The translations under genes were made by a program, and so were the position numbers. Shown in pieces: positions 11,431 to 24,050 of a stretch of DNA of 64,000 nucleotides (position 1 is its first letter; every line of letters begins with the position of its first letter). Location of the stretch: positions 100,316,001 through 100,380,000 of the forward strand of contig NC_043006.1 in the NCBI RefSeq assembly GCF_006345805.1, written 5' to 3'. The notes below the pieces were generated by a model, which was not told where the DNA came from, did not search any database, and saw nothing but the letters and a program-made list of their open reading frames with translations. Origin of the DNA: Octopus sinensis. Its lineage: Eukaryota.

Positions 11431-14400
11431 GGATTTCATCTGAAAATTTAAAAGATATAAAACATTTATAAGTCGCTTTAATTCCTACAACTCATATATG
11501 GAATACATTCTCACAGAGTAAATTCTATAGAGAGATTTACGTCAGTATCCGAATAGCAGATGTATGTCTTAGCCAATATACATCGACGCCATAGATTTAC
11601 TCAGCTGGAATATTATGTCTGACAAATGTACTATTATTATTTAAATCCTTCAAGTTGAGAATGTTAAATTTGTTTGAAACAGATTTACAGTAATGACACC
11701 TGTAATTCCCGAATTTATTTCCACTAGTTCTTCCTCAAACTGATGTTACACCACGAACGCTAAAACAAGAAAATCAAACAAAAAACAAAGACTAACATAT
11801 TTTTCCAATACAAGAAAGACGTGCGAGTGAGAGGAGTCAGCAGTCTCAACCTAGCAACGTATGCTAAATAGTCTACTTCTCTTCTGACAGCCTAATTTGT
11901 TATTCTCTATAGACGTAACCACAAATCATCTTTTCTCACGTCAATGTAATTATATCCGTTGACTGAGATCCTACTGTTAAATATTCAATTACCTATACCA
12001 AATCATGATGAATAAATTGATATATAATTTATCAGCTTTGAAGCAATATTTATGTGAGAAGCTATGATAACAGATATTTTCTGTCTGGTTTAGATAGATT
12101 TTGCTTTGGACACGGTGTGCTGTATAGTAACGGCTACGTTTCTGAAAAGCTGAATACAAGTTCCCTACTTACTAACTTGACGTCAATATTTTTCTTAACT
12201 TACACATCTTTGGGAAACTATTAATATCATGTAATCACATGTTTTTTTGAGTTTTACTTTCTTTGGATTTTGTAAACTTGTAGCTTTTATTTCACTAAGA
12301 AATAATAATATACGTTTTCCTTTGGCTACTTACGATTCTGCAATTACAGACACAGCAGATGTCTAGAAATTAGATAAGATTCTAAAGAAGGAAATGCTGA
12401 GAAGATAATGCTTTATATAAGAAAATATTCCAATTAATAATCATTCAGAATTTTAGATTTTTTTTTGAAAATATCTCTATGTATTTGGATGAGTTGTTAA
12501 GTGAGTTGCGACATAGAAAACCTAAATTAAGTCACGTGAAACAACTTTCATAGAGAAGCGACACCAAATAGCTTTGTTTCTATCATCCAGGGTGGACATC
12601 TTCAAATACATAAAACATTCTCCGTCTACTTCAAATGTTATTGTTATAGCTGGTACGTAGCCTCTTTCTATCCTACCGATTTTCACTAAACGTTTCATTA
12701 GTTCTCTCTCTAACCTAGTATGTTCTAACATTGGTTCTGCACTTACTGAAACCACTTTATATAATGCTTCTTCTTAATACCACCCATCATTTATTTGTAA
12801 AAACTAAAATTTCCAATTCTGCCAGATGTTGATCTCATCGACACTGTTTGCTATTTGTCCCAGTGTAGACAGTGTTGAGAATGACACTTTCAGTTTCCAG
12901 TAAGTGTATCTCTTATATATGAATATTACTTTAAATGCAATGAAATTGCGTCAGTGATCACATTGCAGGCACAAGACCCAACTTGCTATCAAACAATAAA
13001 GTAAAACTAAATATAATGGTTCATGTGTTCACAACAGTTTAAAGTAAGCTCCCATGCCACTCCTACTGAACTTAGACATTCCTAACAGCAATTTTCTAGC
13101 AGTAAAAAGGGAAACTACAACATGATTCTAATTTTTTTTAAATGCAAATATACGAAGAATACAAACGACGATAGTAAGAATGAAAAAAGACTGCCGTATT
13201 TTTACAATAGTTATACTGAATTTAACAAAGTCAACACATGTTCCATTTAAGCAGTTTTGGCGGTTTTTGTTGTAAGATGTCCTGTATACAATTAATGAGT
13301 CATAATTGTGATAAAATTAGTCTTTTCACGAAAATTCGCCATTCTAAACTGATCGTAATTTACGTTCAGATGGATTCATGGATTAACGATGATAATGCCA
13401 TTCTATTCACTAAGAATCAATCACTGAATGGTGTTAAATTATGTTGTCAACTAAGCACAATAACTATAAATATGCAAATATATACAGGTGTCACTTGTTC
13501 TATTTTATCATAAGATGTTCCTGTCTCTTTGCAATCACCAATTAAGTCTTCATTTTGTTTTCTTATTGCACTTCATGGGTCAGAATTACAAATTATCGTC
13601 GAATTAGACTCTCTTCATTCAAAATAATAAATGTTCACTCTCATAAAGATTTAACTGCAGTTCTAGTATCCAAATCTTTAAATTGTTAAGTGCTTTTTTC
13701 TTTCTATTATATTTTTGTCTATGAATTTCAAAAGCCGATAAATAATTTCAAATTATCAAATGCTACAGTTCCTACTATTGAAGATAAAATTTGCTCTCCT
13801 AGGCGAAATCGGATTTAGTGTAACGCTAAATTAATAATGATTAATAAGTTTACTACAGCGAACCGCATACATCATCCATAGTCTGCGCCCGAAAAGAACA
13901 GGCCTTTGCATATGTTTCAGATTATAAAGTACACTTAAATAAATGCAGATATTTAGGGAGAAACCGTATTTACGAAGATCGAAAGTGCCGAATGTCTCAC
14001 ATATTAACGAATTTAATAAAATGTGCATAGTAAAGTCATACACACAATTACAACCAGATTTCACTTTCTCAGACTGAACAAGTCGGCCTATATAAAACTA
14101 GTGTAATTTTTCAACATTACATAGAAACTATATGAAAGCGAATCACAGATGTGTTAGTTTTCCAGCAATGACATGGCTTCAGAAAAAAATTGTAGTCGAT
14201 GAAAGTATAATCATGCATATGACTCTATTATTAATGTAAATAAAAGTGCTTCACATATTAGATTATGTGCGAGTGTGTTTTGGACTGATGAGGTACAGTG
14301 TTCACATCCACTAATTAATAGGGTTAATAGATTATAACACAATGATAATAATGAAGTTTAACAACTTCCACAAGAAATGTTTTATAGCTATATTTCAGGC

Positions 14401-16107
14401 AAACGTGAATCTTTATTGAAATCGAGATGGATTCCTTTAGGCCACCTGAGCTAATTTCTTGAATTGGTATACTTCAACCGTTTGTTAAAAATTAATGTGT
14501 AGCGCTAAAGTTTGATTCATTGAAGTATCTTATTATTAGAATCGTGTATGATAAAGGGCATCCTTATATTTATGCTAGTCATATGATAGTTCAATGTGAA
14601 TGTAACTGGTCTAATATAGAAAGAAAGGTAGACGCAGACGCTCTCTTCATAAAAGGTTTAATCTGAAACTGATCGCAGATATTTGACGCGTTTATTCCTG
14701 ATGGTTTGAACATTTGTTTTCGTAACTCCCAAAGAATATGTTGAGGGACACTGTCCTTGTGAAGATTTGACTTCGTTGTCAGTCAGGTCAAAGGATGTAA
14801 AATTCATAATGTTAACATCTGAAGACAATTATCTATTAGAAATATTCCCTGTTTATAGCAGATGAATATAATAAAACTGCATTTTCACTTTTGGCTAATG
14901 GGACTGTAATTGAACGAGAGTACCGGACAGAGGAAATTACTAATCGTGTAAGAAATCATTTAATAGAAGTTTTCTTAAATATTTATCGTACGTTGATATG
15001 TGCCCCTTGCAATGAAATCTTTTATCGTACCCATAAGTGTTTAGGAATGAAAAATGGCTCCAAAATAATTGTTACTATCTTCTACATCTTCGAACCCAAT
15101 GTAATTTCATTGTTTGTAAGGTCCATAATATATTTATGGGCGCATTATAACATTGGAAAAGGCATATTTCATGCAATGATTGCCATGTAAGGGCAGAAAT
15201 GGATGCTAATCTGTTGCTTCATGTGAGATATATCAGTAAAATTTGTTTCAAATGTCTATCTTTTATTGATTGTTGGCCATCACATTCATGGCAAAAGTTT
15301 CACTTAAATTGGGATTATGCAGAAAATCAACGAGATATCCTAATAAAAACTGATATCCTAATAATAACATGCTACGGGGAGAAAAATTATTTGCAGGAAC
15401 GGAACTAGTCAAAGAGTATAAGTTTGTCTACTGCCTTTTTCTTTAATGCTTTGATATGTCAGAAGGCATTTTCAGATAATAGGCCCGCGTATATAGCTCT
15501 TAATAATTGGTTGAAACGATTGGTCTAAATAAACTTACAAACACCCACTTACAAGCCTTCTTCAAGTAGCGTCGTTCAAAGGACTGTATGAACAATAAAA
15601 ACATTTCTTTTTACTTGATTTATTCATGGAACTGGATTAGTCTTCGTTCAAATTATTTTCTAAAGAAAAAATATTTTGTGCAGCAATTAATCTGCCTCTG
15701 AGTGATTAAGTTATTCACTGTCAAAATAAATTTACCTAACGTCCTATTGAATCTAAAAATATCATTTACGCTGAAAAATCACTATGTCGTTTAAAGGTGA
15801 TTAGAAATCTTGCCTGTTGAACGAATCTGAGAGTATATGAAAATCACTGATTTAAATAATGGTGTGTCCCTTGGATAATGTTAGTGTGCCAACAAAGCAT
15901 CTTATAACATGTATGGAGATTAAAATTGTATTCTTTTGGATGAATTGGAAATGAACTTTTTGAAGTGAAAGTTATCCTTTAAGGATTTTGTCCTATAAGT
16001 ATATTGCTACTTGTCTTTGAGATGAATTTATGTCATTCTTCTATCATTCACAACGTGAACATTCCATCTCATCTCCTAGAATTTTATGTTTATTATATCC
16101 AATATAT

Positions 16108-17270
16108 AGGGTACTCCAAAAATGTATACACATAGTAAATGATTAGAAATTTATGTTTTTTAAAATATATGTAATTCTCAAAATCTGGTTTAATTACAAA
16201 CAGAATTTAATTGTTTTATGAACGCTTGTTTTCAAACTGACGACCATTCGTTCCCAACCACTGTCGCTTAGGCAAAGTAGTGGAGTCGCAAACGTCAGAA
16301 CGCATTCCGTTCCTTATTTGTGTACATATAGTTGAATCGCGGCGCTCATAAAATGTTGCCGGTTTTCTACCATAAATTTAATTTTTAGCATTCCCATGCT
16401 AAAACTTGCTAGTGGTACGAGGTCGTTTAAAGCGGAGTGTATTCTAGTCAACCACTTTCTCCAGACCACCTATTTGTCAAAGACCTAATCAATGAAGGCT
16501 CTTAGATTGGTGTGGGTATTCTCCTTTTGTTGATAAAAACCCTTCACATTTCCAAAGTTTCCATGAATATTTGGTTCGACAGATTTTTGCAGCAAGGTCA
16601 AGTAAATGAAACCAGTAACAGTACCATAAAAAATAATGGTTCAGTTAATCATTTTAATGAGAAGCCGTACCATATTGTAACTCCATTCAAATTAACATGA
16701 TGTTTCTCTAAAGTCTCAAGGACTACGTAAATGCAAGTGTGACGCTTAATTGAGCAAATTAGTCTAAATTGGCTTCATCACTCCAAACAATCGTTGTCAG
16801 AATGTGAACATCAACACAACTTGTCAAGTACCACGTTCAAAACAACTCTCTTCTGTCCAGATCATCTTCATTGAGAATGGAAAATGTCTTTGTCGTAACT
16901 ATTCCAATGACTGTTTCAAAAAGGTATGTACGCAAGATTTTGAAATTCCTATCGCTTGATACAAAATCATTTTTTGAACTCTATAATTGTTTCTAGTACC
17001 CATTCTTGCCACGTGTCGCTCGCCGATGTCTGCAGTCTGTCGGGACCTTTCTTATGACTCTATTTCAGATTTCCTCCTACAATGTCGTTGTACTTCGACT
17101 GCATTTTTGAACTTCCAGTAGGGCTTTAGGACAACCCTTTTTTTGGTTAAAATCTTAGCCTGGTTCTCTACATTATTTCTAATGGGGTCAGCCTGAAAAG
17201 AAAAGAAAATTCAATGAATCATAAGCTGTTAAACTTTGTAGGGATTTTTGAGATACTTGGCATTTATACC
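16108..17270 (-). mobile_element. Degraded Tc1/mariner-superfamily transposon with DUF4817-like N-terminus
   Basis: Minus-strand fragments RVVLKPYWKFKNAVEVQRH, LNEDDLDRRE, TIVWSDEA, HHVNLNGVTIWYGFS; TIR-like TAGGGTACTCCAAAAATGTATACAC at ~16107; far end not resolved. Confidence 0.7.
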
Positions 17271-17524
17271 TATGAAGTAAGCATATGACCTGACTGCAAA
17301 GTACAGTTATAGGGCTCCTGCTGCTTTATTGTCGCTAATACATTTGCTATTCTGTCTTAGGTTTGTGTTAATCATGTTTTCCCCTTTGTTGGCAGTATGC
17401 AAAGGCTTATGTATTTCAGTCGTTTTTTTTCACCCTTTATACTCCGGCAAGTAGACTTAGCTGTCTTGAGATCACATAATTCTACTCTTAGTAATACGTT
17501 TCATAATAGTTCTTCTTTTTTTTT

Positions 17525-18701
17525 TAATGTTTCAGTCTTTGGACTGCAGATATAGTGGGGTACTGCCTTGAAGGATTTTAATCAGAGAATTCACCCTAGT
17601 ACATTTTTTAAAACCTGGTGCTTATTTTATCGATCTCTGAGGCTGAAACACTATATTACGATGATTTAAACAAACCAACTCCAGCTATCGCGCTTAAGTA
17701 GGGGACAAACACAAAAACTTACTCAAACACACAGTCACACTCAAGAGTGCACACATACACACACACATATGTATATATTTCTGTATGCGTATATGTATTT
17801 ATATGTGGGAAATTCTGTCTCTGTGTGTGTTTGTTTGTGGAGTTGTTAGCTAACTCCTCCTACATCTTTTTATCGATTTTGATGAAACTTGACATATGAG
17901 TAGAACTCATGTCTGGAAACCTCATGGCATACTAAGATTATTGAAAAAAATCGATGATAGCGTCCCTGGAAGGATCATTATATATATATATATCTAATAT
18001 ATTTCATTTTAACACTCAAGGGAAATAACCCATTCACCCAGATTTTAACAGCCAAGGGAAATAACCCATTCATTTTCGTAAATCATTTGGTATAAATCAA
18101 ATTGAGTATACTTTGTGTTAGAACTTGAACTGCTAGAGTAATTTTCGCAGTTTATCCAGTACAACCCTTACACAAGTAAATAGTATTTTCCTAAACAATA
18201 AATCCACTTATTTCAGTTAGTGACTTATTCACGAATATACCAACACGAGCGCCGCTGAGGGTAATATTCTCTGGGAACGCGCAAAAGCCCTTTCAGAGTT
18301 ATTTACTTTGAATTGTTATTATCTTATACCTGATTAGTCTGTTATTACGTAACATGCTTCACGATTTTAGTATACATACCTTATTAGTATTTCCTGCTAA
18401 GTTCTAAATACTCTGAGAACGCATTAAAAACTCTTTTCTGGGCTACTTTATTTGAATTCTTACTAGACGGTAACTAATTTCATGTTATTACATAACTGAC
18501 TTCACAATTTGGGTATTCATAACATATTGGACATTCCTAAAAACAAGATCCTGTGTATGAGAGTTCGGTATTCTTTGTAAATGCACCAAAACCGTTTTAA
18601 GGGCTACATTATAATGTTGGTATGGAATTAGCGAAACAACTATGAGAATAGAATCAAAGGATAAGTCCCGCTTTCCCAGGATCCACCGTGTACGTCAACT
18701 A

Positions 18702-18779
<78 letters not shown>

Positions 18780-18990
18780 ATATGTACCTTATGTACTGGC
18801 GTACACATATGCGTATACACGCGTGTCTGTATCACTTTTCTCAGTTTTCGTCCACCAAACCCACTGATGAGGCTTTGGTAGCTCGGGATTATAGCAGAAA
18901 ATACTTGCCCGGGGTGACATACAGTGGGACTGAAACCGGAACCGAATGGTTAGGAAGCAAACTTCTTACAACATAGCCACGTTCTGCGCT
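17525..18990 (-). mobile_element. SINE family B (internal microsatellite), split by a ~900-bp insertion
   Basis: 3' half 17525-17715 and 5' half 18835-18990 both match the intact copy at 57184-57600 in reverse orientation. Confidence 0.75.
17795..18702 (+). mobile_element. Non-autonomous Helitron-like element
   Basis: Ends in CTAG followed by T within (TA)n, with a degenerate GC-rich hairpin just upstream; 5' part has GT-rich repeats and CGATTTTGATGAAACTTG typical of non-autonomous Helitron/HINE elements; no TSD; internal CAAGGGAAATAACCCATTCA x2. Confidence 0.6.
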
Positions 18991-19267
18991 TGTGTTATTT
19001 ATAAATTTTTCAAACGGATTACATATTTGAAAGTTATTCCGTTTAAATGAACTCAATATCAAATCAGTTTCACTTTCAAATACTTTTGTTCTGTATGTTC
19101 CGATCTTTTTTTTTTTTACGAGTTTACTAAATAAACATTGGGAAATATTGTCAGATAGATACAAAGAGATGAAGCAATGTATACGATATAAATTAGCAGC
19201 AAAATACACAGACATCAGTATTTCAGTTGGCAACAATAAATACGGTTTCCAGTTTACAAAGCCAGAT

Positions 19268-19380
19268 GACATTTCCACATCCGCCCTCTATAAATCAAAC
19301 ATTTCCGTATCCGCTCTGTGTAAATCGCAAGTATTTCCATATCCTCCCTGTATAAATCGCAAATCTTTTCTCCACCCTGT
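19268..19380. repeat. ~30-bp minisatellite, 3-4 diverged units
   Basis: CATTTCCACATCCGCCCTCTATAAATC / CATTTCCGTATCCGCTCTGTGTAAATC / TATTTCCATATCCTCCCTGTATAAATC. Confidence 0.75.
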
Positions 19381-20212
19381 TTGCCTGGTGTGTGTTCAAG
19401 TGAACGCCAGATGCTAACAAGATACTACTCAATATGTCACGTTATGTTTCATTTGTATCGTGTATACATTTCAAATAATTGTACTACACTCTCCTAAGTG
19501 ATATTTCGTTATTATAAAGGATGCATTTTATTATTTTATATTAAGTTAAAAACACGCGTTCAAAAAATTGTAATTGTTTGGTCGATCGTCCAAATGAATG
19601 TTTGTTTACCGAAAAAACTAGCAGCTCACACATTCTGGGACAAACCCCAACAGATAATCAGCATGTTGTAGAAATACATCCATTTTTTTTTTTACATATA
19701 AAAAGAAAATCTGAATCACCTATCTAACAGAATCCCATTGCTACTTCGTGCCATTTGTCTGGTTTCTTTCCTTCAGAACTTGTTGGTTCTCTAAATATGT
19801 TCAGCTGAATCCAAACCCCTCGTTATCCTTATTTTGTTTTACTTGCTAAACCGCGCACTTCAGTATTCTGCCCTTCAAATAAATTACTATGAGCTTACAT
19901 TTTCTTGGAAGTAATTTCAACAACTACTAACTTACAAGTTTCAAATCTAATTATGAAACATTATACCTACACCCGGTATAGATCCAAAGCAAGTATAAAT
20001 CGGAAAAAATACGGGCGATATTCCTGTCATTCAATAGAATACAAGAGACACAGATCGCGAACACTGCAGAAAATACAAACCTTGTGGTATGCAATTGGTG
20101 CAAATTGTTTCATATTAAAAGAAAAATTCTCTGTTCTTAATATTTGTATTTTACATTCGAAAATATACGCCATTCAATTTAAACAACTATTGTATGTTAC
20201 AATATTCAAAAA

Positions 20213-20283
20213 CGATGATGATAAAGATGATTGCGGTGGTGGTAGTGGCGGCGGCGGCGGTGTCGGTAATGATGACGATAGCG

Positions 20284-20329
<46 letters not shown>

Positions 20330-20400
20330 GGAGGAGGAGGATGAGGAGGAGGAGGATGAGGAGGATGAGGAGGAGGAGGAGGAGGAGGAGGAGGATGGCG
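20213..20400. repeat. (GAT)n(GAG)n trinucleotide repeat
   Basis: Direct reading; source of the poly-D/E ORF. Confidence 0.95.
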
Positions 20401-20857
20401 ATTAAAATATATAAAAAAGAGATAAAAGGAATATTATGAAAATAATAACTATGATGAAAAGAAGAGTAAAAACAAACAGGAATGATAATGGAACTATGCT
20501 AAGAAAACAAACACTCATTATATATGATCGACGGCCTTGGACAGGGAAAATGGTTGTTTTGTCTAAAAGAGAAAAGGAAAATAAATATTCTGAAATCAAT
20601 GTAAAATGGAGTCTAAGTAAATTATTGCTTCTGTCTACGCATGAATGTGAAGATGTGTGTGAGTGGTGTTCCTAAATATTGGTGTGTATCTCCATATGTG
20701 AAAGAAAATGTCTGACGTGTCTAGTGTGCATGGATTATTTTTCTAAAAGCAAACATATTCAAATACATATATATACACACATTTGCATTCATCTCCCATA
20801 CACACACGCTCACGTGCGTGTTTGTGTGTATGTATGTGTGCGTGTTTGCATGTGTGT

Positions 20858-20894
<37 letters not shown>

Positions 20895-21184
20895 TGTGTG
20901 TGTGTAATGCAACTATTTTCTTTATTTACAATAAATTTACAAGTAAATACATAAATAATTTTAACTAATAGAAAATATTGAATAATAACCATTTTCGAAG
21001 TGTGAAAAGTGGAAAACATGTGAAATACGAGAACAAGTTCATTAAATGTCATTTAGCAATAAAAATGGAGAAGAAAACATTTTCTATGACTATATTATAT
21101 AATAAACTGAAAGGGAAAATATGAACACATACACTTACACACACACACACGTGTGTGTGTGAGTGTGTGTATGGTTCTATGTAT

Positions 21185-21712
21185 TTTATACTTCGAGAAG
21201 GGCCTTTATGCCAACAGGAAACACACGCACTAGTTCTATTTCGCTTCTTTCATCATTAAGCCTTTTACTAATTGACTGATAGTGGAGGCGCAATTCCCAG
21301 ACCGGGCGTTGTGAGTGTTTATTGAGCGAAAACGCCTAAAATCTCCACGAGGCTCCGGCAAGGGATGGTGGTGATCCCTACTGTACTCTTTCACCACAAC
21401 TTTCTCTCACTCTTACTTCCTGTTTCTGTTGTACCTGTATTTCAAGGGGCCGGCCTTGTCACTCTCTGTGTCACGCTGAATATCCCCGAGAATTACGTTA
21501 AGGGTGCACGTGTCTGTGGAGTACTCAGCCACTTACACGTTAATTTCACGAGCAGGCTGTTCCGTTGATTCGGATTCGGATCAACCGGAACCCTCGTAGT
21601 CGTAACCGACGGAGTGCTAAGGAAGAAGAAATTGACTAATAATAGCAAAAGAAATGAAAGAATACTAGACCATGTGTTTTTTCCGACATAATAACGTTCT
21701 TGAGATGTAACT
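21185..21712. mobile_element. Old foldback/MITE-like element interrupted by a SINE
   Basis: 21187-21243 is an imperfect reverse complement of 21657-21711. Confidence 0.45.
21282..21629 (+). mobile_element. SINE family C with TSD and a deleted tRNA head
   Basis: TSD AATTGACTGATA (21270-21281) / AATTGACTAATA (21630-21641); (GAA)n tail; ~50 bp of head missing relative to the copy at 26027. Confidence 0.9.
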
Positions 21713-21739
21713 AAATGTGTGTCAACACAAGTTCACATT

Positions 21740-21908
21740 AAGAATCCTGATGAAAGAATCCCTCCGAAAGTGGGGGGCGCCACGTCAAAACGGTAGAGGA
21801 GTAGGGGCCGAAACCGGTCGTGGTTCCTCCTGCTGATGTTTTGAGCTAACTGGATCCTATAAAGGAGCTGTTTTGGTAGCAAAACACGAAACACGGTTGT
21901 AATCCCCT
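21740..21908 (+). mobile_element. Penelope-like terminal repeat remnant with hammerhead ribozyme motifs
   Basis: CTGATGA at 21747 and GAAACCGGTC at 21810-21819. Confidence 0.45.
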
Positions 21909-22014
21909 GTGTGTATGTGTCTGTGTTTGCCTGTGTGTTTGTAGGTGTATATACGTGTATAGTGTATGTACGTATGAGAAATTGTTTGGGTTGTATCGAA
22001 AATAATCCTTGTCA

Positions 22015-23540
22015 GTTATGGACATGCAACATTCAGTATCATAGAGCTAAAAAACAACTGCAATAAACGCTGCAAGAAATCTACGCGCCCGCCAAAATGC
22101 AACAATTGGGGCAGGAGATAAAATGTCACAAAGAACACCATGAGGAAGGCAGTGAAAACCAAAGACGAATCAATAGAAGAGTTTCGTGTCTCTCTGAGAA
22201 AGAAGCTGGTAGTTCTTTGTAAAGTTTATTGGTTGGGAACATGTAGACGAAAGTTGTCATGGAGCATAGAGTTTTATTTTCAACCCATGTATATTTAGGA
22301 ACAAAACTGTTTAGTTTTGAGCGTAGAGGCAAGATCAAATGTGAAGCTGATGAAGTCCTTTCTTCACAGCTTCATTAGAGCAAAGTCCCGATAAGCCTCG
22401 CACGCCTGAGGACTACTGAGTTCGACATTGGTCACCGAATTCAAGGAAGTTCAGTAACTTGTTATGGTACAGTACTCAACCTTTGCTCTAGGACACTGTT
22501 AAATACCGTACAATATTTATAATCGATGTCCAAGTCTATTTTCTTGTGTGCAGAAAATGCTGAAACAGATGTGGTAAAAAGAAAGGTATGCTATTTAGAG
22601 ATTCTGTGCCGAGGGGATTTGGATTATTAAGGAGAAAAATATGCAGCTGAGGATCATCTCGTTACTCAGCATTTAAGGGAATATAATTTTAAGTATCCAG
22701 CCGCGACATCTAATGAAATAAGTTTACGTATCCCATGGCTACATCTGATGAAATAATTTGAAGTATCTAGTCGAAGCATCTGAGGAAATAATTTGAAGTA
22801 TCTAATCATGACTTCTGAATAACAATGAGTATATTGAGATATCGGTGCAGAAAAGTGAGGTATTTGGAACAGTTGGCTACATGGAAGATACCGGATCTCT
22901 TAAGAGGAGTAAAGAAAGGTAGAGATGAACTAGCAAATCTGTGGTTGGCACCCACAAAATCCTACGAATATATATCCCGGATGAGAGAAAAGGAGAGGCT
23001 AAAACCTCAAACTTATAGTCATGAAGAATACGAATACAGTAACTTTGAGTTCATAATGTTTAACCAAAGTATTAACTCTACGAGAAAATATGAAAACCTC
23101 TTCAATACAGAATATCTTCCACAATCGGGAATTCCGTAATAGGCAACATGAATTACAACACGACAAAGACTCTCAGACCGAACCAGTAGCACTCTGACCC
23201 CACACACATTGGCAAACTTAAACGATGTTTTTAAAAGCATTCAAACAGAATTCAAGGTTCCTGGGATTACGAATCGAATGTGAGAAACCGAAAATAATCT
23301 GTCTTTCATGCAAAATATTTTAGCACAACAAATTTAAGTGACCCCAAAAGGTTTAATTTTAATTTAATGCCATAATACACTAACTTCAAAGAAATCCAGT
23401 ACGATATGTCTCCCATCTTACTGAATTTAAACGCTAACGGAAGAATCAATTCAAAAGTAAAAGAATGGTCAGTCAGCTGCAGGAAATGGCAGCAGTTACA
23501 GGGAAACAACAATAAGAAACTAGACATTAGAGACATGTTA
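22015..23540 (+). mobile_element. Possible degraded Gypsy-like LTR retrotransposon remnant
   Basis: AATAAA-containing segment ending ...CGACA followed by PBS-like TTGGTCACCGAA (~22428), then tandem repeats and broken gag/integrase-like peptides (LAQQI-DPKRFN; SKVKEWSVSCRKWQ). Confidence 0.3.
22670..22820. repeat. 35-bp period minisatellite, ~4 units
   Basis: Core CATCTGATGAAATAATTTGAAGTATC recurs at ~22670, 22707, 22742 and 22777. Confidence 0.85.
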
Positions 23541-23927
23541 TGACTTTATATCCAACTGTCACACTAAAACCAAATGCAACATATTTCGCAGATCATGGGA
23601 AATTATCCACCAAATGAAAACCAATAATGACATCTTAATTAAAGAAGAAGATAAGCGGGGGTGTTATTGGCATTGTAGATTTTGAATACTGCAAAAATGC
23701 CACATAATCCCTACTACAATAAACACTACATGCTATGAAATGGTAAGCAGTTTCTAACAATGAAAAGTAAAGCATATTGTACCTTAAAATGCACATATAA
23801 AACCTATTCGCATCAGCTTCCACAAATATCCATTACACTCGATGTAATGCATATTTATTTATGACTCACTCGGTGAATGTGCGGTCTTAATGTATCTCAT
23901 TATTTCAAAAACTTAATTAATGATAGT

Positions 23928-24050
23928 GATTTCAGATTTTAGCACAATGCCAGTAATTTCGGTGTGAAGGAGTAAGCTGAATACATCGACCTCCAGTTCT
24001 CAAGTGGTAGTCATTTTATTGACTCTCAAAGGGATAGTCAATCTCAGTTA
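23928..24050 (-). mobile_element. Degraded family A SINE 3' half
   Basis: Reverse complement resembles the core and type-1 tail of 193-405. Confidence 0.55.

Noticed and set aside
11187-11440. Minus-strand terminal exon (strong acceptor at ~11440) and 70-aa ORF
   Set aside because: The opposite strand better fits a decayed LINE endonuclease, and no partner exons were identified.
19905-20405. 166-aa ORF with an acidic D/E tail
   Set aside because: The C-terminus is a GAT/GAG microsatellite and the N-terminus has no recognisable domain or splice support.
22554-22585. 32-bp exon-like AG...GTATGC segment
   Set aside because: It lies within a probable LTR-element remnant and such signals are expected by chance.
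22670-22820. CRISPR-like repeat-spacer look
   Set aside because: Linkers are only ~9 bp, repeats are degenerate, the context is eukaryotic and there are no cas genes.
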